From NCBI RefSeq assembly GCF_018350175.1, contig NC_058373.1, positions 134,416,001 to 134,480,000 on the forward strand: 64,000 nucleotides of DNA, given 5' to 3'. Source of the stretch: Felis catus (lineage: Eukaryota). The notes under the pieces are model-generated. The model did no database searches, was not told the origin of the DNA, and saw only the letters and a program-made list of their open reading frames with translations. This document shows positions 26,101 through 40,442 of this stretch, one piece after another. Both the position numbers and the translations under genes were made by a program. Numbering within the stretch: position 1 is the first letter of the stretch; every line of letters begins with the position of its first letter.

Positions 26101-27425
26101 CTACAGAAACAAAGGGGAAAAGATACCGTTAAGAACAGGAAACAAAAGTAAAGAATGATTAAGAAAATTACAGTTTATCAAGTCACTGGACGAAACGTGC
26201 AGCTGTTGAACGGTAACTATGAAGGATCCTATAGAATAGGAAGGAATATTTACAATACAAATAAACATGAAAAGTCAAAGTTAATTATACTTCAGCCTTG
26301 CTCATGAACAAATAAAAGTCATGCTTGCATACGTACAGAGACCTCGGGGAAAAGATCTACTGCATGCTAGGATAGAGGATTAGGTGTAAGCTTTTTAAGA
26401 GATGTCTTTATTTTTATTTTATGGTCTGCTCATGCAATTAAAAAAAAGTACAGAGTAAAGATTACAGAGATGCTTCTGAGTCCCCACGACCTGATGATTC
26501 AGGACCCTAGCATTCAGCAGGCCTTTGGTATAAGCTGTAAATGAGGGGACTTCTCTCCTTTACGACACTGGCTTCCCCGGGAGAGGGGATAAATCACAGC
26601 TAATCTGCACCGTTAGAGGCAGCGCGCGGAAATGAGCCGCCTTCTGGCCCTCACACCAAGGGGCTTTGAAAGGAGGCCCAGGCACCAGCCATCAGTCATG
26701 GCCCCGTGTCTGGGGTCTTTAACAAGCTCCCCCTGGGAGTGTGCCGGCTCGGACCCACCGCTCATGTTGCCCAAAGCACTTCTCAGGGCAGGTCTGCCTC
26801 CCCCGCCCAGATGTACCTGGTTTTTCACAAATCAGAAGATAAAAGTCTAATTTTACAGAAGACCAGTAAGGGGATAGGTTTCTTAGGTATTCTTGGTCTT
26901 ACAAAAGTGGTCACTACAGAAACTTCACCAACAAAGCTCCTCTTAGGCCTTTTTAAAAATGTTTCCAGTGAGACAGCTTTTTTTCCAGAGTCACTCTATT
27001 GTACAACACGAGGGTCTCTGTATTCTGTATACTGCCAGCTAGCACTGATGGAGACAAGAGGGACAATCACACAATGCCCTAATCCCACAGGGTCCAGCTG
27101 AACACCCCAGAATGATGTCCAAATCATCAGATTAGAGCGAGAGCCTTGGCAGGCATGCCTGAAGAGGCCAACACCTTCAAAAAACATATAAAGTGATTTT
27201 ATCTCCCCCTCACTGTTTCTATGGCTCCTGTCCACACCAGAACTTGGGGGGAGTGGATGTGGACCCAAACACACCGGGCCCCTCCCCACTCGACGATGGG
27301 GTCACAGGTCACCACGTCAGAGATCCTCATGTTTTCTCGAACACGTCTTAGTTGTAAATACCTGTGCTGGACAGAAGTGTGAACCGTGTAGCAGCCTCAG
27401 CCCGCCTTCAGGGCTTGAAAGAAGT

Positions 27426-27426
<1 letters not shown>

Positions 27427-27482
<56 letters not shown>
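27427..27482. repeat. (CA)28 microsatellite
   Basis: Perfect dinucleotide run. Confidence 0.98.
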
Positions 27483-27486
<4 letters not shown>

Positions 27487-28227
27487 CTCTTAATTGAATG
27501 CACTCACCCCAAAGGATTCCACAGTCCCACCCTGGGGCAAAACACACATCAACAGTAAAATCAGCAAAATCCACTTTCCAGCTTGCTCATCCAGCAAAAG
27601 GAAGGACTCCAGGCCAGATAAGCCCATCCTGGCACAGAGTCCCTGCTCTGCCCCAACGGTAAACTCAAGTGCGCAGCCCAACTTCTGGAGGATTTACTTG
27701 TTATCACTGTCCAACCAGCTATAGTCCCTTTTGGAGTCTTGGCTGGTTTCGCCCTGCCACCGTCCAGGAGTCTGGAGTGCTAGCACTATTATCGGGGTGC
27801 TTACGTTTATAAGAGATACAGAACATGAAAGCGTCTTGAAGGACTCTGAAATGACGCAAAGTGGTATTTCTATGCTAATGATGAGCTCAGCAGAAGACTG
27901 CTGGGAGCATTGCTCGGAAATATTGCTAGAACACCCACATACTCCCCTTCCAAAGCAGCATGTTTAACTTTGTCTAATCACTACTAATTTTCCCACAAGA
28001 AATAGGTCATTTGTGCAATCAAGAAGTAATGCTTTATGAACAGAAGATATCTTTTATTTGTTCCTTTCAAAACACACTGTGGGTCTCCCAAGATCGAATC
28101 CTGGGGCCCAAACCACTCTTGAGACATTAACCATCTCCCCACCCCCACCCCACCCCCGCCAAGGACTACCAATCACATTTTCAGCAAAAGCAGGCTTCAA
28201 GATAGAAGCAGCAAGGTCAGAGAAATA

Positions 28228-28650
28228 CAGCGCGAGACACAAATTAACTTCAAATGTTCTAGTAACCGTCTTAAAAAAAGATTTTTTAAAAAGGTGTATT
28301 TATATGAAAATATCCTAATAATGCCTTAAGACAATATATATCCAAAATGTTATTTCACCACATAATTAACATAAAATCATGAATGAGATACTTTACATTC
28401 TCTTTTCATACTATGGTCTCTGGTCTCAAAGCCCATCTCAGTTTGGATGCTAAATTCTCACTGGAAACACCTGATCTGCAAAAGTAGCTTCACACACCCC
28501 AAGATGTTCCAAACACACTTAAAAAGCTTTCCTAAATAACTGAATCAAGTATCAGTTTTTAAATTTAACTTTCACTTCCTCAGTCACACTAGCCACATCT
28601 GGAGGCCCCAACAGCCCCATGTGGCCAGCAGCTGTCACACTCCCCGACAC
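28228..28650. mobile_element. Charlie1/MER3/MER33-like hAT transposon relic
   Basis: AT-rich body with GATGTTCCAAACACACTTAAAAAG and TTCCTCAGTCACACTAGCCACAT...GCCCCATGTGGCCAG, matching my recollection of Charlie1-family ends. Confidence 0.7.
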
Positions 28651-31615
28651 CAGTGACAAGGGGACTCAGCCGAGATCAGTCCCTGAGGAAAGCCGTGTCT
28701 CCTGGTCCCCTCGGGGTGGCAGGGCCTCCAAGGCGACAGGCCAGGCCCTCCATCTAGTGGGGACGTGAGGTGGTTGCTGATGAGGAGACCCTCCCGCCTG
28801 GTACTCAGAACAGAAAGCCACTGTGGAGGCCGCAGCTGACACTGGCCGGCTCAGCAGGCACCTGGTCACACCCTGGCTGGCTGCGTGGGGTGGGCAAGAG
28901 CCAGGACAGAGAACACTAGCCCAGTGGTGTGCTCTGAGGAGCCCTCAAATGTGCCAGCAAACCCTCCTGGCACCAGCCAGGCCTTTGCAAAAAGCAGAAG
29001 CAAAGGCCAATGCCACATTCTGAGGCAATGATGAAGGACAAGGGCAGCCTCTGTCTGGTCACCCCATCCGTGTGGCCTGATGGGCAGGAGGGAAGAGTCA
29101 GGGTCAGGGTGCAGCCTTCCTGAGACCCCACCCTTTGGAGGGACTGGGGTGGGGTAAGGGTTAAATACCGAGATCCAGGGTGGATTCTGTACCTCTTCCT
29201 TCTCCTCCCCATTCCCCCTCTAAGTTTGTTCCCAGATCCTAATAGAAGATGCAAGGGGGACCCCAGATGCTCCTTTTCATAAATGAAGCTGCCCTAGTTG
29301 TGTCCTGGAAGGATCCCATGGGTAACTGCTGTAAACAAATTCAAGGAAAAGTCACAAGAAGGGACGAAAGGAGGGTGGGTGTTGCGGGCAGCAGAGGCGG
29401 GGCAAGTGCTCTGTAATGTAAAAAGGGGACAGAACCTAGGGGACACCAACCAGCGAGGCTGCCAGTCCAGGAGCGAGAATCTCATCCTAATTCCGAAGCT
29501 CCTCCCAGGGCTGTGAGCCCTACAGGCTAGGGGAGAATGGGACAGGGCGGGGACACTCCCCTGAAAGAGTCTGTCACCCCAGTTGCTGGGGGTTGGGGGC
29601 TGCATCTGTGTTTGCACATGGTGTCTGTCAACAAGCCTAGAGACTCACCCACCCTCGGATTCCAGCTTCCGGATTCCAGCGGCAGCGGCCACCGGAGGTG
29701 ACCCAGGGCCCGTGGCCTGGCTCTCAGAAGTCACCGGTGGGGAGAAGTTCTAAGAACAGAACCAGGAAGCTGAGTGCAAGGAAAAGGCTTCCTTCCCATC
29801 AGAATCCTCTCCTGACAAGTACAAATGTACTCGGTGGGGGGAAACCCGGGGACACAGGAGCCCCATTCTGGGCTCCAGTTAATGGGGTGCTGGTAGTGAC
29901 AGGAAGGACAATGGGAGGATGGGGATGAACAGATTCCAGAGGCACCTGGATACACACACAACGCACAACTAAGCAAGCAGCCACTGTGGACCACACTGCA
30001 GCACCCAGGGGCACGGCTTCACTGCCCGTGGCCAAACACTGGTCCTGCTGGTCTGTGAGTCCACCTCGGGGCCCAGGTGGCAATTCGGGCTGGCTCCACA
30101 GTGTCACGCTGCACCCTCGTCACTCCCTACTGTCACCGGCCATCCCCCCCAAGCTCCCTCCAACCTCACTCCTCCCAGAGAGGCTGCAAAGTCTCCTGAA
30201 CGCCTGCACTTGGTGGGTGTCAGCAGGGCAAAGTCTTAGGATGAAAAGATCTGGAAGTTTCTGTCACTGCTCTACGGACAGGGTTGTCCTGCTAGAGGCA
30301 GGAGGACACAGAGAGGGGGAGTGGGAGGCCTGGGGCGGCACAGCAGGGGCTGGGAGGGACCCGGGATGGACCCAAGCACCCCTGGTTGCTTCAATCTACC
30401 TCCTCTGGCCCAGGGCCTGATGTGACCCCCCTCCTCATGCAGCTCCCCACCCTCAGCTCCCAGGGGCTTGCAGATGCGGCTCAATTTCTGCATCTGTCCA
30501 GTCACTCGATTAAACTGTTAGGTTCTGTGGGAGCTGGGCCCCCTAATTCCACGTTGGCCAGTCCCCATTCAGGACTTATGTACACTGCACCCACACAACC
30601 ATGTTCACGCAGCTGAATGTCCCGGAAGCCCCCAGGTGAGCCTGGGCTTTCTCCCAGGACCCCACCCTTGGCTTAGGAACAGGGGACTCAGCTCAGGTCC
30701 CTGCAAACTTACCTCTGGGAATAAGTGCATGTACCCCAAACTCTTGGTAAACCGTCTACTGCACAACTGTCAACAGCAGAGTATTAAATGGAGACCCTAA
30801 CATACCCCTACCAACACCTCAACATACAAATGAAAGGAAGTATGGTGTGGGTGGGGGGAGTTGGTGTGATATGGGAGTAGCACTTCAACACTGAGGCTAC
30901 CGATGGGTAGATGGTCCTGGTTAGAACACAAGATGCCTCAGTGAATAGAAGGACACACAATTCTATGTGCAGTACTGGGGTTGAAAAAAGAAAAAGAAAC
31001 CCTCAAAGGGAATGCACCAGAATGACACCACATTCTTCACTCGTGCTGTCAGAACAAAAGCAAGTTTTCCAGTATTTTCTAAAGGGCCTGTAATGTGCTC
31101 ATATCTATGGTATTTTAACCCATATGGCTTCTCACACATACAGTCCGCAGCATCTATTCATCAGATAGTAAACCATGAAAGGACAGGTTCACAAAAATGA
31201 CCTCCTTTGAGACAACTCATCAGGTATCCAAGATGAATGAAATGGATTCCCATGTTTTAAAACACACCCCCCTCCCCCCTCTCCCTCAGCTGGGAAGAGC
31301 AGACACCAGCCAGCAGGACCCAGGCGACCTGGCCAGGGATGGGGACAGGGCTGACTTATAGGCCTGGGGAAGGGGTGGGCTCCAGAGCATCAGCCCCTTG
31401 AAGGTTCAGGTTAGGGGTCCCAGAAAAGTCCCATCTACCACCCGAGGCAATGAAAAGGCTTACAAGCCTGCCAGGTCCCATCTGGACCTCTGTGCCTGCT
31501 CAAAGAGAAAGGTCATTTTCTCCCCTGGTGGAAGAAATGCGAGGTCCTGGAGAAGTTCTGGGGTAGAAACACACGTGTGTAGTGGGACTACAGGATTAAG
31601 AACAAGGATTTCATT

Positions 31616-31783
31616 GGGGTGCCTGGGTGGCTCAGTCGGTTGAGCGTCCAACTTCAGCTCAGGTCATGATCTCGTGGTCTGTGAGTTCAAGCCCCACATC
31701 GGGCTCTGTGCTGACAGCTCAGAGTCTGAAGCCTGCTTTGGATTCTGTGTCTCCCTCTCTCTCTGCCCCTCCCCCGCTCATGC

Positions 31784-31828
<45 letters not shown>

Positions 31829-31858
31829 AAAATTAACATTAACAAAATTTTTTAAAAA
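31616..31858 (+). mobile_element. SINEC_Fc-type Can-SINE with an expanded (CT)n tract
   Basis: Exact 17-nt TSD aagaacaaggatttcat (31598-31614 / 31859-31875). Confidence 0.97.
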
Positions 31859-34800
31859 AAGAACAAGGATTTCATGAAGCTGCTGAAATAATTTTTTCTC
31901 TCCCCCAAAATCAAACTGAATTTTATGGCTTGATATGGTGCCAGGAAGACCAAATAAATGCTACTACAAGCCAAGTTTTCAGGCCCATGAGTGACACCAC
32001 CCCGTCCCCGCCCCCCCAAGGGGTTTAAATGGGAGGTGATGCTGAGTAAACGAGGGGAAATCCCAGCAAAATTAAGACAATCACCGAGCAGAGGCATCCA
32101 GATCATTACCAAGGAGGTCTGGCTGGTCCAGACAGCAAAAGATGCCTTCCACACGGCTAAAGAAATAGAGTGTTGTTGTGGACCTGTCCACGTTCTCAGA
32201 GCCAATACTGAAAATCAGACACGCGTGTTACCAGCTTTGAGCATACACCCAGCACCCCTTTAGAACTGGGGTTCAGATATTCCAAAGATACATACTGAGC
32301 ACCATGCTGTGAGTGGGGAACTCTCAGCCTGAATGGAAAGGCAGAGAGGCAGAAAATCACAGCGCAAAAGGACAGGTGTCAGTCAGAGCAGCACAGCGCA
32401 ACCAAGTCTGGGAAGGCTTCCCAGAGGAGGCGGCTTCTGAGCTGGGCTACGGAGAATGCTTAGGAGTTCCAGAGGCGGGGGAGAAAGCCCAAAACTATAT
32501 TAACTGCTAAATGTGGCCAACAAGCCAAGCCTTTGGTTACCCCTTACTATACATACTCTGCAGTTCCTCCTGGGGCACAATCTTCCTCACATACCCCTAG
32601 CCTCGATTACTACCAGTCAGAATCCTAATCATTCTCCCACACTCACAGAAAACATCACCTCCTCTATGCAGCTACCACTGATGCCCTTAATCACATATGA
32701 TTTTCTTTCCCCTGAATTCTTAAGGCTTCATTTGCCCTCTTCTGTGGCCTTTTCACATTTTGCCTTCTTCATCAACTCCCCATTCAAAGGCAGCGAAAAG
32801 CTGCTAACAGTGACAGCTGACAGAAAATCAGACTGATCAGAAAATATTCCTCAACATTTATATTAAGATGAAAAAAAATTATCCTCTGGGAAGAGGTGTC
32901 CTCTCTCTCTCACACTAACCGGGGAACCAAGTCCTAAAAACCATCTGCTTTGCTCCACCACCATGATGGAAGTAACTCAACTGTCTTTGCCTGGAATCTT
33001 GGCAAAATCGGCTGCCACATGCCTTAAGATTCAACAGCCTGCAGATGTAGGCAAAAGTTAAGACATCTCCTCGTCAATTTGTAATGCTGGTTTGGGCACA
33101 CCATGCTTTCTGATTGTTAATTCCCAAATACGATCATTTTATGAGCAAAGAGAAGCAGAACAAGGGTATTTAAAAATTCCAACACTACAGAAATGACTCA
33201 GACAGGAAAGGTATCACCTGAATTCTGATGTTCTCAGGGTCTATTCCAGTGCCCTAGAAGAGGTGACATATCTAAACCCCACAGCAAGAACACGTCCAGG
33301 AAGTGCGGAGCACTTAGCTGGGGTTCACACGGGTGGGATGCCTCTGGGCATCCGACAATGAGACACTCACAGAGCACCGCAGAGAGACCTACAGAGCCAG
33401 GGACTAGCTCCAGGGGTCCTCTGCACACACACCACACAGTGTGTGCTCATGTCATCAATTAGCAGTCCTCCATATCACACCTTGAAACCTCCCACTCGCA
33501 TCTGGCCAAGAGGGGTTCCTTAACGCCCTTGAGGACTCTTCAGTCAAAACAGAAGGTGCCAAAAACCCTGCCTGACCTTGCCAAACATACACCCAACCAC
33601 AGAAAGTGCCCCATCTCTTTCCTTCTCCCAATATTCACAACAGGTACTCAGGACAAGAATTATTAGAATTTCCCATCTGAGGGAACCACAGCACAGGGCA
33701 GGTAACAGGGCTTCACGTGGGGTCCAGAGCAAGGGCCAAGACTGGCAGTCTGCGTGGCGAGCTCTCCCCCATACCACGCCAGCTTCCCCGTGGCTCACAC
33801 TAGAGCACTCTCTACAGGTGAGGCTTGCCTCATACCTTCCGTGGTGATGCCTGGTACTGACAGCCTGCCGGCCTCACCCCGACAGATCACGCCTCCCATG
33901 GTATCACCCAATCTGAGAGCAAAAGGGACTAGACTCCAAAGCCAGGTGCCACAGCCCACTTTCTGTGATATCACAGCCAAGAGCACGAGTTTCTAATGTA
34001 GCTGCTGGGAGGAGACGTAAGCCTGATGATTTATCCTCGGCCGCCTGTTCAAAGCCTGAGCCCATGGGGCCACGTGCTTGTAATTCCATCTGGACAAGAG
34101 GCTCTGGCTCCGGCCGCCTTCCCTCTCACTGGGGCAGTGAGCCCTGGCAAAATGAGTGGGTAATGAAGTGCTTTTATGTTAAGAGGCTGTCACGTAAAGC
34201 TGCTGATAGATTCAATCCATCTGTTCCGACTCCTTTCAATTAATCCTGGGGTCCCCAGGGCCTGAAACCAGTCCGGATCCACACAAGCCCAAGAGTGCTG
34301 GCTCCCCTAACTAGGCCACGCTGCATCTCAGGACCCAGCGACGTAAAGCCACCAACCCGGGCCATCCGTGGTTATCACATCGTGAAAGAACCGCCTGCCC
34401 CGAACGCTTTGTAGCTGCCTGCCCTCGTGGCTGTTCACAAAAGCAAACAACACCATTCTTTGTTCGCAGAAAGGAAAACAAGTATTTCCTTCCACAGAGG
34501 AGGAGGTGGAGGAGACCTGTGGGAAGGAGCCCCTGGAAACTCAATCATCACTGCATGAGGGCAAAAGCTATGTGCTGTGTGACCTCAGGAAAGCCACAGT
34601 CCCTCTCTGAGCCACACCCTCATCTGTAACAGGACTAGGACCACCTCTAAAGGGATGGCTGGCTCCTTCAGAAGTTGGGGGAGGGGAACTGGGAAAGGAG
34701 AGTGTGCTGGCACAGAGGAGCACATCACATTTTTATCAGGTCACTAACTCAGGACTGCCAACTCTGAAAACAGGCAAGTGCCCATGTGTCCCGGAAGAAC

Positions 34801-37442
34801 CCAGGGGAAACCCAACAAGGGACGGGACTTCAGGATGCTCAAATGTCCCCACAGACGCTTGTCACCTTCCCTTTAGGGCTGGTATGACGCCTGGGGTTGC
34901 TCTGCAGCAGGAGCCATCTTATCTGATGCCGGTAAGTGCCTGTTCTGAGCCCGTGGACCAAAAAAAGGTGGTGGGGTAGCCCCGGAAGCATGGGCAGGGC
35001 ACTGCGTTCAGCTCCTCTGAGAAGAATTTCTGCCCATAAATGGTGTTTCGGGAGCCACTTTACATGGTAAACACAAGCCTGTCACCAGCAGCCAAGGTTG
35101 GGCTCTAGGGGAGAACTTCTGCAGCAAAGCCATCAGCAGCCACAGGTGCTGGGGGAGGGGCACAGGGCTCCAGATGGACCAACGGACGGACACGCAGACT
35201 TGCTGACAGATCCTGGCCAGCATCAAGGGGCTGGTGAGAACTAGCTTTTAAAACTGCAAGAGGCTTCCAGATTGCCTACAGAGCAGGGAAACTGAGACCC
35301 AGAGAGGAAAATCACAGGGTGGGGGGGTGGGCAGCATCACACCTGGGCCTAGAAAGCCAGGTCTCCTCTGCCTCCACCCCGGAGCTCTTTCTACCACGGC
35401 AAGGAGAGCAGTTCATTCATCAGTGTCTACTGGGTGCCTCCTACACCCAGGACCATGCTCCAGGAGGGGCTCGGGGGAGGGAGGGGTGGTCCTGTCCTCA
35501 CACTCAATGCCCAGAGTGGTTCAGGGCCGCCCTGTCCTCTCCTCAGCAACATCAACAGCATCAGTGCTCGGGGCTGACACAAGAAACCCTACTTCATGGC
35601 AATGAGGGATCTTAGAGCTGTGGACCAGCAGTTGGAGAATCCCTGTGTTCCAGCTTCTTGGAAGAGTCTACATTTCTGTTGATCAGCAGGCAAGGGAGGG
35701 TGTGGGGCTCACAGGCAGACCACCTATTGGCCAGGGTGTAGCATGGGTGTGTGTGGGTATGTGTGTAAGGGAGGGAGGCTAGAAGAGCCACCGACACCAC
35801 CAGTCCGCGGGACCCAAACTGCTCCCCTACACCCCCAGCAGCTGGGGGCCCTAGGCTGATTTCCCAGGCACCGTCTGCCCTGGGCACGCCTACAGAGCTT
35901 AGTGGGAGGGGTGCGGCCCTCCCCTGTCCCAGCAAGTTGCTGGGTGTCTACGCATCCACTGTGTCCCATTCTGCTGCATCCATCACTCAGCCCAGGCAGG
36001 GCTGGAGCAGGGGCCACACCCTAGCAGCCCTCACCCGTTCCTGACAGTGCTGTACCAGCTCCCTCGCTCCCAGGGTACAAGTCTGAGCAGGAGGGAACAG
36101 AGTGCCTGGGAGCCTCCAGCAGCAGGTGGCAGCCTGCTGGGACCTGCGAGGGCAGGGAAAGGCAGGGAGGGAAGACCAACCCAGAGCGTGAGCGTCGCAG
36201 GACCCAAGGCACCAACGCATCCAAGTCAGCCAGGCCTCCACACCCATCTCCCCAGGGCAGGGGGAATAGAAGGACAGCCGATCACTCTCTTTTGGACACC
36301 ACTGTATTTCCGGGTACCTAACAGGTGTCAGGTGGTATGCTGGTGTGTGTGTGGTGGGGGGAGGGGAGTCACACAGAGATGACTTCTGTCCTCAAATCTA
36401 CAATACACAGACAGAAAGACAAGCTCAACAAAACGTGCAAGAGCAGTGAGGGTGCCCAGGGTGTGTGCGCATGGGGCCGGGCTCTGTCCTTGAAGAGCCT
36501 GCCGCCTGGCAGGGGGCCGACCTGCTGGCAAGTTTGGCACCCTAACAGCGGAGATGAGAGGCATCTCAACTGAGGAGCACATGGGAGAGGCTCACCCAGA
36601 AAGGCTTTCAGGAAGAGGCGGCACTGAGCTACGATGGAACAGAGAGGCACAGGTGCCCCCCAGGCGTATCACATGCCTAGCAGATCGTGCTGATGGCAGG
36701 GAAAGGAGGCAACAAAGGCAAAGGAAGAAGCAAAAGGCACCCCACCCCCACTTCCTGTGTCCAACACGGGCACTGGAATCCCACCTCCTGGCCCGGTCCA
36801 GGATGAAGCAGCAGAGCCCCTGCTCATGGAGTTGGGGCCCCCGGCATGCACTCCGTACTCAGCTCTGCAGTGGCAGCAGTGGCTCTGGAGTCCCCAAACC
36901 AGGCCCACCAGCAGCCTCTTGCCGCTGGAACTCAGCTCCAACTCCTGCCAGGTGGCCGGGCGGGCAGGGGGGGCATCACACCTAACCCACAGGAGACCGA
37001 GCACAGCACCTGGCACGTAATGAGGCCCCCAGACACTCTTAGGGAGAACACATGCCTGCCTCCTGCGTCAAGGGTCCCGCTTTAGAACAGTTCTGGGATG
37101 CACACATGTAGGAGGCCTGCAGAGACCAGAAGTGAAGACAGCCACAGTGAGGTGGGTGTGGGAGTTCACCCTGGAGGTCCTCGGGAATGGAGAAATCCTC
37201 CCCACCCCTTTTTCCTCTCTACTGCTCTGGCTCCTTCAGAAAGGACTGAATAGGAACACCTGGACACCTCTACTCCCTTGCTCTTACTTCTCTCTTCCCT
37301 CCAGTCGCTGGAGGAAAAGCACACACGATGGTAGGCACTGCAAAGGCTGGCAGAGGTTTCAACCCTCAAGGCCTGGCAGGTGCTATGCTGAGAACTCTCA
37401 GGGCAGGCCTAGGCTGTAGGGGACAGGGTATAGGGACAGGGG

Positions 37443-37553
37443 GTGCTTGGTACATTAGTGATGCCTGGGGGATGGGGAGAGAGGTGCCTGGTTGATTAGT
37501 GATGCCTGGGCATGGGGGGGGGGGGGTTGCTTGGTTGATTAGTGATGCCTGCC
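37443..37553. repeat. Minisatellite of about 42 bp, 3 cores with G-rich linkers
   Basis: ATTAGTGATGCCTG occurs three times, with unit starts at 37443, 37484 and 37527. Confidence 0.9.
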
Positions 37554-38864
37554 TCAGGCAGAATGACAGAATTTGCACCTCCGAGACCAGCAAAGGTGGA
37601 AATGCAAACTCTCCACAGCACGAAGTGAGCTAGGTAGGCCTGTACTACTGCCTCCCTCGCCCAGAAAGCTGCAGATGAAACAGAGGTACAAGTTACAAAG
37701 AGGTGACTTTTGGCTCCCAGAGGAGGGATTTCTGTGAACTAAATGAGACGCATTGACAAAATGATATACTGGGTCAAAAATGCCAGGATCCTTGCATTTG
37801 GAGGGAACCTGACTAGAGTAACTCTACGTTATTAGAAAAGTAAAACGGGGAGAACACATTTACTCCTCAGGATTTCTGAAAACTAATCCTCAAATCCATG
37901 TTAAATGACCTAAGGGCGGGCGGGGGGGCACATACTTAGCCTGTTTTACTGAAAGCAGAACATTTCTAAAAATTAATCTTCCAATAACAGTAGCAGTTGC
38001 TACATCCGTCTGATCATCAGAGGCCTTCCCCATCCTACAGATAACCACCTGGGAACAACCACAACAGCAAAGAAACAGAGAAACAGATGGTTTAAGCAAA
38101 CAAATCTTATAAACACTGGTCACTTCGCATCGTTAAGGGAGGTTGCCACTCATGGCCAGACTTCATCTAGAGAGTAAGGAACTCTGAAAGGTTCTTATTT
38201 TCCTATCACCAAAAATGTATTCTATAGCAGGAAACTGGGGGAGGGCAACTCAGGACACAGTTGAAAAACTGGGGAGGAGGAAGGTTAAGAAATGAGTTTG
38301 TAATGAGTAACATTTCGTCAGGAAGTGAAAATCTCAACAGATGGTATCAGCTTCAAGGCAGCTGGGCAAGGGCTTGGTGGTGGCTCAATGCATGCCCCCT
38401 CCCCCCAACACCTGATGCCATCTCCCCCACTCTGCAACACTCACCTCCAGTGCCATCCTCTACCCAAATTCCTTGGTTGGACATAATCACTTCCTCCTCT
38501 GTGCCCCTGAGCCCTAGGGCGTGCACCCCTATAGTCAGTTCAACGTGACTGGGAACTTCAGGGTCTTGGGGTGCTGTAAGGTGCTCATCTCTGAATTGTC
38601 CCCTCCACCACCCCAGGCCTCTGCACGTGCTGTCCACAGATGGTCACCAACTGCTGGCTGACCCAAACCCACTGACCACAGGAGGAAGGGTCTGGTGAGA
38701 ACAGAGGCCTCAGAACCTCAGGTCATTGACTACATCTTCGCCCTTCCTGCAGAGTGCAAGCAACACTGGCTTTTGAACAGTAAGCCAGTCCTAACCGGCA
38801 GGCGGTAACCCAGGTCCACTGGCTGGCTCTTTGCCAACACAAGATCTGTTTAATCCAACAAATA

Positions 38865-39012
38865 TTTTAAGTTTATTTATTTTTGAGAGATAGTGTGAGC
38901 AGGGGAGGGGGCGGCAGGGCAAGGAGAGAGAGAGAATCCTAACCTGTGAGATCATGACCTGAGTCAAAATCAAGAGTCAGACACTTAATTGATTGAACCA
39001 CCCAGGCACCCC
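38865..39012 (-). mobile_element. Can-SINE with an internal deletion
   Basis: GAGAATCCT joins directly to AACCTGTGAGATCATG; flanking repeat caaatattt. Confidence 0.9.
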
Positions 39013-40397
39013 GATCAAATATTTCTGATTGCTGGGGATGCTGCAGTCAATGAGGGCAATCAAGAGGTAAATAAGTGTATTATAAGCACGTGCCAAGAAA
39101 TACTAAGTGTGGAGAAGAAAAATCAGCAAGGTAAGACCATTCGGAGTAACAGAAAAAGAAATTACAGACACGCAGCCAAAGGAAAGCCCTTCCATGAAGT
39201 GATAGTTGAACAAACATGAGTGGAGAGAGGGTGTGAGCCAGATGGACACGTGGAATAAGAGAATTCCAGCTACAGACAAGTCTTGCAAGAGGGCAAGTCT
39301 TGTGGCTGGAACACACCGTGCAGTCCCACGGAGGGTGACGCACACCGGCAGGGGCCCACCCTAACCTGTGGTGCCATTTCCAGCAGTGCCCGCAGTGGAC
39401 TCGCGGGGTCAGACTCCCCACTCTGAAGCCTGAGGCAGCACAGGAATGTCACATGAGCAACTCACCAGGACACAGGGGTTCTAAAGCCTTTGAGCCTTGG
39501 ACACCAGGCACAGGTGACTAGTGGTGGCTATCTGGAGCACTGTGTTGAGAAGGATTCTGAGGCCAGGGCTCGGAGTTAGAGAGTGCCACAATCGATCAGT
39601 GAGGTCAGCCTGAGCTAGGAATTAAGACACGGGGGCACTCCCTGGTAGAGCCCGGTGTAATAAAGTGCTGTAACACGCTTGTGGTATAAAATGCTGCGGA
39701 GACAAGAGGAAGGGACCAGCATTTCTCTGTCACTCATTATAAAGCTCCAGACTGAGCTCCCTCTGCGAAACCATCTTCACTTGCGAAGCCTCCATACCAG
39801 GCTGTGGGGTCCCCAAGGTGGGGATCTGGACCATCTCCCTCCCTGCAGCTGCCCAGGGTGTGGTACGAGGAGGGGTTCACTCAGTGTTCTATCGGATGAG
39901 CTAGGCTGGCATGCGTGCTGTGTGAACAGCCCGACTGTGGGTCCCTAAAGGACAGAGGCAGAAAGGATGGCCTTCAATTAGACCAACTGGGCCTTTCTGG
40001 GTGAGGATCTGACCTGAAGACAAAAACAAAACAAAGCAATCACCTTTCTTTTCCTTTTAAAAAAGAAAAGGGAGGCTTCCCTTCAGATGTGGGTAAGGTG
40101 GGTGTGAGGACCACCAGAATCCAGGAACATGGGGGGGCGGGGGTGTGTGGGAAAACTAAGGCATGCAGACCCACCCCAGCACCTGGCCACAGGGCGGCCC
40201 AGCTGCTCAGGCTGCCTGTGGGGCCAGCTGAGAACCCACCCTTCAAACAAATAAAGGCATCCTGGCCACCTGTTCCTGAGCTCAAATCCAGCAGGGTGAC
40301 GGTTTGTGCCCATCCCACCCCATGGCAGGTGGACTCCTCCAGCCCAAGCCAAATGATGATGAGAAAAGATGCCATCTGTGCACATGAACTGAGCACC

Positions 40398-40400
<3 letters not shown>

Positions 40401-40440
<40 letters not shown>
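40401..40440. repeat. (TG)20 microsatellite
   Basis: Perfect dinucleotide run. Confidence 0.98.

Positions 40441-40442
<2 letters not shown>

Noticed and set aside
30707-30730. Consensus donor GAG|GTAAGT preceded by in-frame ATG CAC TTA TTC CCA GAG (MHLFPE) as a mini first exon
   Set aside because: An 8-mer match is expected roughly once by chance in 38 kb, the ATG context is weak, there are no promoter features, and it appears to lie in an old L1-like relic.
37443-37553. CRISPR-like array (also considered for 48521-48675)
   Set aside because: Mammalian intron, no cas genes, and the linkers are not unique spacers. These are ordinary minisatellites.
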